From an uncultured Pseudobdellovibrionaceae bacterium (GTDB taxonomy: Bacteria > Bdellovibrionota > Bdellovibrionia > Bdellovibrionales > Bdellovibrionaceae), in assembly GCA_964390435.1 (NCBI GenBank), contig CAYMKD010000002.1, positions 1 to 28,063 of the forward strand: a stretch of 28,063 nt of DNA. The letters are read 5' to 3'. Below are positions 8,349 through 15,148 of the stretch, one piece after another. The first letter of the stretch is position 1, and the number at the start of each line of letters is the position of its first letter. The notes beneath the pieces are model-generated. The model was not told the origin of the DNA. It saw only the letters and a list, made by a program, of their open reading frames with translations, and made no database searches. Made by a program: the position numbers and the translations under genes.

Positions 8349-8984
8349 ATGGAAAAAGGTAAAGTTTTAGTACTCTCGCACCCTTTACTTAAACATAAAC
8401 TTGGGTACTTGCGTGATAAAAACACAAGTTCAGCTGAGTTTCGTGAACTAGTTAAAGAGATCAGCCGTATTCTTGCTCACGAAGTAATGCGTGATTGGCA
8501 GGATATGAAAACTGTGGATATTGAAACACCAATTGCTAAAGCAACGGTGGACCGAATTCAAAATGCTCCGGTTGTTGTCTCAATTTTAAGAGCAGGCAGT
8601 GGAATGCTTGATCCTGTGCTCTCCATGATTCCATTTGCAGCTGCGGGCTTTATTGGTATTTACCGTGATCGTTTTATTAATAACACGGTTGAGTATTATT
8701 TTAAGATGCCAGCAGACATAAAAGGGAAAATGGCCATTTTGTGTGATCCGTTGGTGGCGACCGCAGATACGATGATCGCAGCCATTGAGCGTCTTAAAAG
8801 TTATGAAGTTAAGCAAATTAAAGTTCTTAGTATATTAGTTAGTCAAAACGCCATAGATCGAATTCATGAAAGTCATCCTGATGTAGATATTTATACATTA
8901 AATATTGAGAATGAAGTTAATGAGCACGGTTACCTCGTGCCTGGTCTTGGAGATGCCGGTGACCGACTATACCAAACAAAATAA
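8349..8984 (+). CDS. upp: Uracil phosphoribosyltransferase, 211 aa
   Basis: HPLLKHKLGYLRD..T....FRELV.E, SILRAG.GM, GIYRD, GYLVPGLGDAGDR. PRPP loop is atypical (DPLVATADT). SD GAGG, then ATG at 8349 (track starts at GTG 8343). Confidence 0.92.
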   Translation: MEKGKVLVLSHPLLKHKLGYLRDKNTSSAEFRELVKEISRILAHEVMRDWQDMKTVDIETPIAKATVDRIQNAPVVVSILRAGSGMLDPVLSMIPFAAAGFIGIYRDRFINNTVEYYFKMPADIKGKMAILCDPLVATADTMIAAIERLKSYEVKQIKVLSILVSQNAIDRIHESHPDVDIYTLNIENEVNEHGYLVPGLGDAGDRLYQTK

Positions 8985-9612
8985 CAAAAGCCCTTATCTC
9001 ATTGGCGTTGCTGGTGGGAGTGGTTCGGGCAAAACTTATTTTGCAAAAGCTTTAATGAACAACTTAGGGCTTAATTTCTGCTCTATTGTTTATCAAGATA
9101 GTTTTTATATTGATCAATCTCATCGTTTTGACTTTGATGGTGGATCAGTTAATTTTGATCATCCAAGTAGTATTGATTTTAGTTTTTTAGGCCGTTGCTT
9201 AGCGCAGCTTAAGCAGGGCCAAGCCACAGAAATTCCTATCTACGACTTTGTTACACATAAAAGAAAACCTGAAACTGTGAGCTTGCAACCAAAACCTATT
9301 ATTATTGTCGATGGAATTTTAATTTTTAATGCTCCTGAGGTTCGCTGTCATTTAGATGATCTTGTTTTTTTTGATACTCCAGAAGAGCTTCGTTATCAAA
9401 GACGCCTTGAACGCGACGTTAAAGAGCGAGGCCGTACACCCGATGGAGTGAGGGCCCAGTTTCTTCAGCAAGTTAAGCCTATGCACGATCAGTTTGTTGA
9501 ACCTTCAAAAACTCATGCTCATACCATTGTTTCAGAACTCAATGATTATGACAGAGTTTTAAAAGATTACTCTGCAAGATGTGCTAAGAAGTGTGCTGGT
9601 ATAAAATTTTAA
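8959..9612 (+). CDS. udk: Uridine kinase (uridine-cytidine kinase), 217 aa
   Basis: IGVAGGSGSGKT P-loop, QDSFY, NFDHP, YDFVTHKR, IIVDGIL, RRLERDVKERGRT, VKPMHDQFVEPSK. GTG at 8959 lies 6 nt after GGAG (8949-8952) and gives a 26-nt overlap with upp. The track's 8905 start is too long. Confidence 0.93.
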   Translation: MTDYTKQNNKSPYLIGVAGGSGSGKTYFAKALMNNLGLNFCSIVYQDSFYIDQSHRFDFDGGSVNFDHPSSIDFSFLGRCLAQLKQGQATEIPIYDFVTHKRKPETVSLQPKPIIIVDGILIFNAPEVRCHLDDLVFFDTPEELRYQRRLERDVKERGRTPDGVRAQFLQQVKPMHDQFVEPSKTHAHTIVSELNDYDRVLKDYSARCAKKCAGIKF

Positions 9613-9616
9613 GGTC

Positions 9617-10894
9617 TTAGTAAAATTTTGCCCTAGTTCCTAATTGATCTTTTAGAAGCTGCATAGTTTCTTTTGAAAAATTATTTTCTTTTAAAAATAC
9701 AACAGCATTTGAAGAAAACACCTGAGGGTGAAAAACTTCCTCTGAGAGATCTACCAAGTTATTGCTATACAAGTAGAGAGTCTTTAAAGTCACCAGACCA
9801 TGAAAAGTTTTGTTGCTAATATGGCTGAGCCTGTTCTTACTAAGTTGTAGCCACCAAAGAGATGATAAATCAAAAAAGATACTTTCTGGCAGCTCAGTAA
9901 ATTTATTAGAGTGTAGAGATAAAGATTCGAGCTTTCTAAGGCCTTTAAACAAGTCCTCTGGCAGTTGCGTTAGTTTATTTTCTTCAAGGCTAATTTCTTT
10001 TAATTTAATTAAATTGCGAAATAACTCTTCATGGACTTCCGTAAGTTGATTTCTACTTAAATCAATTCTTTCTAACAAATAAGAATCTCTAAAAAAGTTT
10101 TCAGGTAAAGAGCTCAATTGTAAATCTGAGAGGCTAATATTTTTTAATGATTTAAGACCCACTAAAAAATCTTTTGGTAGGGACCCCAAGTGATTTCCGC
10201 TAAGACTTAAGGATACTAAGCTGGGTAAATATTGAGCTGATAAAGTCTTTGGAAGATAAGTGAGTTTGTTATAGAACAGCATAAGATAACTTAAACTTGG
10301 CAAGGAGCCAAAAACTTCATCTGGAAGTTGATTTAAATTATTCTCATAGAGTAGAAGTGAGTGCAAAGATTTAAGATCTTTAAAAGCACTTCCAGAAATT
10401 TCAACAAGTTGATTTTTTGCGAGATTTAATCTCTCTAGTGCAAAGAGATTTTGAAAAGTTTTATTTGAAATGTGAGAAATACTATTTTGCGACAAATCAA
10501 GCTCTTGTAAAGAGATTAAGTCATTAAAGATTCCATCAGGCAGATTAGTTAATCGATTCCCAAAAAGATATAAACGTTTTAAGTTGTTTAAGCCCTTAAA
10601 TAAATTTTCAGGCAGCTCTGTAAGCTGATTTTGAAATAATGAGATGACCTCTACATTTACAAGTCCCTGAAAGTCACTATCCTCAAGAGAGGAGATTCCT
10701 AGCATACCAAGTTGAAGAAAATCGATCTTTGCAAGATCTTGCTCGGTAATGTCAGCACAAGGCTTTTTTGTTTGTTCAACTAAGGCATCCCGCACAGCAG
10801 ATGTGCGAAGACAAACATCTTTTACCAAAGCATTTGCTGAAAAAGACAAGATCATCGTGCTAAAAAATAAATTTAAAGCAATAAATTTACTCAT
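9617..10894 (-). CDS. Secreted leucine-rich-repeat protein (about 14 typical 24-aa LRRs), 425 aa
   Basis: SD AAGGAGG then MSKFIALNLFFSTMILSFSANA signal peptide (start refined from 10948). Cys-containing N-cap (VCLRT...KPC) and repeats of LxxLxLxxNxLxxLPxxxFxx. Confidence 0.92.
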   Translation of the reverse strand: MSKFIALNLFFSTMILSFSANALVKDVCLRTSAVRDALVEQTKKPCADITEQDLAKIDFLQLGMLGISSLEDSDFQGLVNVEVISLFQNQLTELPENLFKGLNNLKRLYLFGNRLTNLPDGIFNDLISLQELDLSQNSISHISNKTFQNLFALERLNLAKNQLVEISGSAFKDLKSLHSLLLYENNLNQLPDEVFGSLPSLSYLMLFYNKLTYLPKTLSAQYLPSLVSLSLSGNHLGSLPKDFLVGLKSLKNISLSDLQLSSLPENFFRDSYLLERIDLSRNQLTEVHEELFRNLIKLKEISLEENKLTQLPEDLFKGLRKLESLSLHSNKFTELPESIFFDLSSLWWLQLSKNRLSHISNKTFHGLVTLKTLYLYSNNLVDLSEEVFHPQVFSSNAVVFLKENNFSKETMQLLKDQLGTRAKFY

Positions 10895-10975
10895 ATTTCC
10901 TCCTTGATATAGAGTTAAACTGTATTGATTCATACAGCTTATTGTCAAAGAGAATCTAGTTTGTGTATTTCTTAG

Positions 10976-11005
10976 GGATCTGCAGTTAAATTTAAATGCA
11001 GATCC
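10976..11005 (-). terminator. Stem-loop 12 nt downstream of the mddA-like stop (terminator-like, no U-tract)
   Basis: GGATCTGCA / TGCAGATCC 9-bp perfect stem around an AT-rich loop; no poly-T follows on the minus strand. Confidence 0.45.
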
Positions 11006-11017
11006 TCTTACTAGCTA

Positions 11018-11746
11018 TTATAATCGAATAGTAGGAACGAGGCTTTTTACTCGCTTTTTATAATTTAAATAACTATCGCCCCACTGCGTAATAAGAGACT
11101 TTTCTTCAAGTGAAACACCAAAAATTATGTAAGCAGTTACAATAAGATTAAACATAAGATGATCCATTCTCATTACAGGTGTTGACCAACTTCCAATCAG
11201 AGAGCCTGTCATTAGTGGATGGCGGTCAAATTTATACATAAGACGTTCAACAAAAGGAACTTTAGCAGAGGTTTTGTTTCTAAAATAATTAAAAGTCTGC
11301 TGTAGTCCAAAGAGTTCAAAATGGTTAATCGCAAAACTTGCTGCAAATAAATAAATCCAGCCAAATACAGCAAAGCCAATCATTAATTTATAAATTAGGG
11401 GGCTACTAATTTCCCAAATGATTTCATTGTTATAAGGCCAAAAAATAAGAACGCCCCATAAAACAATTCCAGTTAATAATACAAATAAAGAGCGTTCTGC
11501 AGCTGCAGGAATAATTTTACTAATCTTAGCTTTAAAATTAGATCTAGCCATAATTGTGTGCTGAAGTGCAAAAATACTCATAAGAAAAAGGCCGATAGCT
11601 ATTTGAGTGCCAAGACTATTTGGGTAATGAATTGGTCCGGCTTCAAATGGCATAACTCTTAACATTGTAAGAATCCATCCAACAAGTGCAGAAACACCAA
11701 TTAAATAGCTAACCACTCCAAATACAAAAACACTCAGATTTTTCAC
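11018..11746 (-). CDS. mddA: MddA-like methanethiol S-methyltransferase / isoprenylcysteine carboxyl methyltransferase family membrane protein, 242 aa
   Basis: FALQHTIMAR..FK, ERSLFVL, FAINHFELFGLQQ, RHPLMTG, W.TP.M..DHL.F, TAYI..G..LEEK.L...GDSY..YK..V. Multiple TM helices; SD AAGGAGG then GTG. The family is confident; the exact substrate is inferred. Confidence 0.75.
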   Translation of the reverse strand: MKNLSVFVFGVVSYLIGVSALVGWILTMLRVMPFEAGPIHYPNSLGTQIAIGLFLMSIFALQHTIMARSNFKAKISKIIPAAAERSLFVLLTGIVLWGVLIFWPYNNEIIWEISSPLIYKLMIGFAVFGWIYLFAASFAINHFELFGLQQTFNYFRNKTSAKVPFVERLMYKFDRHPLMTGSLIGSWSTPVMRMDHLMFNLIVTAYIIFGVSLEEKSLITQWGDSYLNYKKRVKSLVPTIRL

Positions 11747-11939
11747 TCTGCCTCCTTTAGTCGCAACTGAATTTTATTTTTTAAAGCAAACTATACAAAA
11801 AGCTGAGTTAGGTCAAATCTGTAAGACCAACTTATTTAAAAGGAGTCTTATTTTGATCGATAAAATAAATCGTGATTTGAAGATGGTTTTTTGTGGGAAG
11901 CTATTTTAAGAGAAGATTTTAAGTAGATCGGTTTTTTAA

Positions 11940-11972
11940 AGAGGGTTCCAAACTTAAAATTTGGAACCCTCT
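11940..11972 (-). terminator. Intrinsic terminator downstream of the cold-shock gene (possibly bidirectional)
   Basis: 13-bp perfect stem AGAGGGTTCCAAA / TTTGGAACCCTCT with a 7-nt loop, 13 nt past the csp stop. T-rich tails are short on the minus strand and longer (GTTTATTT) on the plus strand. Confidence 0.75.
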
Positions 11973-11985
11973 GTTTATTTACGGA

Positions 11986-12183
11986 TTAAGATACAACGCG
12001 TACGTTGCTAGCTTGTGGGCCTTTTTTGCCTGGCACAACTTCAAATTCGACTTTATCGCCTTCATTAAGTTGAGCACCGTCAGTGTCATTAGCATGCACG
12101 AATACATCTTTCTCGCCATTATCTGGAGTGATGAATCCGAAGCCTTTGCCCCCGTTAAAAAACTTTACTTTACCTGTTTGCAT
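11986..12183 (-). CDS. csp: Cold-shock protein (CspA family), 65 aa
   Basis: [16 protein letters not shown] (RNP1), DVFVH (RNP2), [10 protein letters not shown]. Start refined from 12228 to ATG 12183. Confidence 0.96.
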   Translation of the reverse strand: MQTGKVKFFNGGKGFGFITPDNGEKDVFVHANDTDGAQLNEGDKVEFEVVPGKKGPQASNVRVVS

Positions 12184-12299
12184 ATTCTCTCGCTTGTTAT
12201 TCTGAATGGCACCGTGCCACCCATTCATTTTTAACTATGTCACAATTTATCCAAGAAGTTTAATCTTTCGTGCTTTTCACGCATTGCGAATCAAAATTG

Positions 12300-12410
12300 A
12301 AGGGCGTAGAGAGCTTAAAACGCAGTTCGCTAGCTGAGGTACAGATGATTTGAGCTTTAGTCGAGGTCTGACAGGACTGGAGGAGGGCCTGTGCCCCCCA
12401 CCAGGGTACG
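12300..12410. other. GC-rich structured intergenic element (candidate REP/MITE-like repeat or small RNA)
   Basis: About 55% GC by hand count (61 of 110 nt, 12301-12410) against AT-rich flanks. Strong hairpin CTGGAGGAGGGC-CTGT-GCCCCCACCAG (12377-12403) and a second imperfect stem (about 12342-12370). No RNA family recognised. Confidence 0.4.
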
Positions 12411-12411
12411 A

Positions 12412-12924
12412 TTACCAAGCTATTTGATAGAGCTTTTCAAACCAAATCATAGTTTGACCATCGTGATTCATAGATCCTGAGCGATAAAGCACACCATTGT
12501 AGGCGTCATAAGTAAAAGACTCATCAACTTTTACATTGTCCATACTATAATTATAATGGCAGGTGAGATACTGCTCATAAAATACATTGGTGTGCATGTC
12601 GCACATGCCCTCACCAATTTTTGTACTAGATTGACGCTCTGTAATTTCCATTACACCAGACTCATTTTCAGCAAAAAGAAGGCCTATGTACATGGTTTTT
12701 TTCTTACCCTCTTCATCTATAAATAAATAATCAGTTTTCATAGCTGTTGCGGGCTTATTAGTTAAAATGGTCTGAGCATCGGCAAAAGTGGTTGAAACCT
12801 CGTACATCCCGGTTTCGCCATTTGCTTTTTCCCAAACCCCTTCGCCTTTAAAAGTTCCCTCTAATGCATAGGCCGAGGCTGTTAATAAAAAACTTGAAAT
12901 AATAATAGAAAAAAACTGCTTCAT
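12412..12924 (-). CDS. Secreted hypothetical protein, beta-strand-rich, 170 aa
   Basis: SD AGGGAGG, signal peptide MKQFFSIIISSFLLTASAYA, acidic mature part with alternating hydrophobic strands and two Cys. Confidence 0.8.
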   Translation of the reverse strand: MKQFFSIIISSFLLTASAYALEGTFKGEGVWEKANGETGMYEVSTTFADAQTILTNKPATAMKTDYLFIDEEGKKKTMYIGLLFAENESGVMEITERQSSTKIGEGMCDMHTNVFYEQYLTCHYNYSMDNVKVDESFTYDAYNGVLYRSGSMNHDGQTMIWFEKLYQIAW

Positions 12925-13026
12925 GAATCCTCCCTTATTGTTAATAGTGAAAATCAGAGTAATTAGTTGCTTATGTTATAGCTTCATAATCTGGTGTAGA
13001 GATTGTGAAGATTTAGACGAATAAGT

Positions 13027-13710
13027 TTATTGCATATAAATTTGTGCAGATTTTTTAATACTTATGCTTATTAGATGAGCCATTTTTTGAATATTAGATT
13101 TTTTTAAAAGTCTTTGGTTAAGCTCCAAAAATAAGCCGTTAAATTGGGGCTCGCGGTTGTAGTGATCTAAAACATCATTTAAAAAACAATCCGTGATTCC
13201 AGAATAGGGACGATTCATATGAATCTTAAGTCCACAGTTAGTCTTCAATTCTTTTTGTAAAGATAAAGCTAAGTTTCGCTCTTTTTTTTTGCTAGGACGA
13301 TACAAAATACCAATATCTGTAGGTCGAGTTACCCCTTTCCATAGAGGAGTAAAAGAATGTACAGAAATGGCAATTGTAGGTGGTATTCTCTTAACATCTT
13401 GGATTACAGAATGACGATAAGGCTCATAATATTTTTTAATGAATTCGTGTTTTTCAGCAGAGCTAAGGTGCTTTGTGTATTCTGAGAATAAGTCAGGACT
13501 TTTTATATTACGATTGCAATCAACTACAAGACGAGAAACTACTGATTTAAAAAGTTTTGCTTGAAGCAATGGTTTCATCGCTTCGCATAACTCTAAAGCA
13601 CCGGCATCATAGCCCTGATGTGAATTTAAAACTCTTTGGGGAATTTTAAGATAATGAGGAGCCCAGGGCTTAGCATGCTCACAAGTTAGAATAAAACGAG
13701 ACATAGACAT
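13027..13710 (-). CDS. N-formylglutamate amidohydrolase family protein, about 227 aa
   Basis: ILTCEHA, H.GYD.GA, SRLVVDCNR, YYEPYR, SVHSFTP, DIGILY, N.PYSG, LELNQ.L motifs. Confidence 0.88.
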   Translation of the reverse strand: MSMSRFILTCEHAKPWAPHYLKIPQRVLNSHQGYDAGALELCEAMKPLLQAKLFKSVVSRLVVDCNRNIKSPDLFSEYTKHLSSAEKHEFIKKYYEPYRHSVIQDVKRIPPTIAISVHSFTPLWKGVTRPTDIGILYRPSKKKERNLALSLQKELKTNCGLKIHMNRPYSGITDCFLNDVLDHYNREPQFNGLFLELNQRLLKKSNIQKMAHLISISIKKSAQIYMQ

Positions 13711-13751
13711 TCTGCATATGTCTCACATCTTCTTATAGAAAAGAACAAATA

Positions 13752-14705
13752 TTACTGTTTTGTTAAATAAGAGTCGAGTTTCTCAAAGCTTCCACTCCAG
13801 CCTTGTGTCATTCCACCTTTAGCTTTATTGAAAGTTTCACGCTCAATATCTGTAGCGTGGCCTGAAATTTCCCACTTAATTTGAACTCGAGTTTTATTAG
13901 TATCCTCTGCTTCAAGAGAAATAGTTGTTAGCATTGTCTCAGGCCAAGTCGGGGCCATTGGATGCCTAGAAATTTTCTCGTTTTCGTCACAAAAAATCTG
14001 GGTGTACACAATGCGATTGGGTTTGGTAATTTCTTGATAACTTATTTTGCCGTACATTTTTACGCCTTCAGCGTTAAACATAGAGTAAAACGAAGTGCTC
14101 CCGGACTTAATCTCTGCATGAATATATTCCATCGTAAAACCTGTGGGTGCTAGCCATTGCGATAAATGCTTTGGGTTCGTGAACATTTCAAACATCAAAT
14201 TTAATGGCGCTTCAAAAGTGCGATTAATAACAAATACATCTTTTTTTGATGACTCCATTTCTAAGTACTCAGCTAGCCTATCCCAAGTAGAGTCTCCACC
14301 TGCTTTTTTGATGAATTTTTTAGTTTCCGCTGCAGCTTCTGCAGTGGCAAGAGCCATGGTCATTTCCATTTTAGTTTTTCCATTTTTTTCTGAAAAATTA
14401 ACAGTCACACGAAATAAAGCAGGTTGATCATCATTAGCGCCATGATCATATACAAGGCGTGAGTACTTTTCGACTTCATGAAATACAGTCTTATTTGGAT
14501 AATCAACTCCATCAGGTCCATGCATCGTATAGACCCAAGTGCCACCCGGTTTTACATCTTTGCTTTGAGTCGTCAGTGTAAAGCCACGCGGGCCCCACCA
14601 CTTGGCAACTTGTTTCGAATCGACCCAGGCGTCCCAGACCATTTTTACAGGAGCATCATATATACGCGTAATATAGAGTTCATTTGGCTTGTTTTTTGCG
14701 GCCAT
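13752..14705 (-). CDS. Tandem (two-domain) SRPBCC/AHSA1-like protein, 317 aa
   Basis: Two START-like units: ELYITRIYDAPVKMVWDAW...KWWGPRGF and VFVINRTFEAPLNLMFEMFT.P.HL.QW.AP.GF, each closing with a GW/TW..f.kL..YL helix. 26-nt overlap with the upstream ArsR. Confidence 0.92.
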   Translation of the reverse strand: MAAKNKPNELYITRIYDAPVKMVWDAWVDSKQVAKWWGPRGFTLTTQSKDVKPGGTWVYTMHGPDGVDYPNKTVFHEVEKYSRLVYDHGANDDQPALFRVTVNFSEKNGKTKMEMTMALATAEAAAETKKFIKKAGGDSTWDRLAEYLEMESSKKDVFVINRTFEAPLNLMFEMFTNPKHLSQWLAPTGFTMEYIHAEIKSGSTSFYSMFNAEGVKMYGKISYQEITKPNRIVYTQIFCDENEKISRHPMAPTWPETMLTTISLEAEDTNKTRVQIKWEISGHATDIERETFNKAKGGMTQGWSGSFEKLDSYLTKQ

Positions 14706-15045
14706 GTTTTTTACCCTTCTTTTGAGTCATTGTTTTTAAATAAGCATCAAGTCTATCAAAACTCTCTTCCCAAAATTTTCTATATTCTGAAACCCAATCG
14801 GCGACTTCTTTAAGGGCACCGGCCTCAATGTGGCAAGGGCGCCACTGAGCCTCTCGGCCCCTTGAGATAAGCCCTGCTTTTTCTAATACTTTTAAGTGCT
14901 TAGTGATCGCAGGTGCTGAAATATTAAAAGGTTTTGCTAGCTCTTTAACAGTCGCATCTCCACGAGAGAGCTTTGCTAAAATAGCTCGCCTGGTGGGGTC
15001 AGAGAGTGCTGTAAATGTAAGAGTTAGCCTATCTTGTGTTTGCAT
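14680..15045 (-). CDS. ArsR/SmtB-family transcriptional regulator (non-metal-type), 121 aa
   Basis: FTALSDPTRRAIL..L..GDATVKELAKPFNISAPAITKHLKVLEKAGLISRGREAQWRPC. Confidence 0.94.
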   Translation of the reverse strand: MQTQDRLTLTFTALSDPTRRAILAKLSRGDATVKELAKPFNISAPAITKHLKVLEKAGLISRGREAQWRPCHIEAGALKEVADWVSEYRKFWEESFDRLDAYLKTMTQKKGKKHGRKKQAK

Positions 15046-15050
15046 TATAA

Positions 15051-15104
15051 TTCACTTATCGGTTAATTAACCTATAAGTTAAATATAAATTAAAGTTTTG
15101 TCAA
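15051..15104 (-). promoter_or_regulatory. Predicted sigma70 promoter with two abutting ArsR operator sites (TTAAC-N6-GTTAA)
   Basis: Minus strand TTGACA (15104-15099), 17 nt, TAACTT (15081-15076). Sites are TTAAC-ctataa-GTTAA (15067-15082) and TTCAC-ttatcg-GTTAA (15051-15066), together forming a 26-bp near-perfect palindrome at 15054-15079. Confidence 0.72.
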
Positions 15105-15148
15105 TAGTCTTATTTTAAGACAAATATAAGCTTTGTAATTTTAAGGAC

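Noticed and set aside
9617-10894. LRR gene as an anti-phage NLR-like defence gene or recent eukaryotic transfer
   Set aside because: It has a Sec signal peptide, no NTPase/TIR domain, a bacterial SD and base composition like its neighbours.
13027-13710. Amidohydrolase as the missing hydrolytic step of the URC-type pathway
   Set aside because: It lies 3.4 kb from the operon on the opposite strand in another apparent transcription unit; there is no sequence evidence of linkage.
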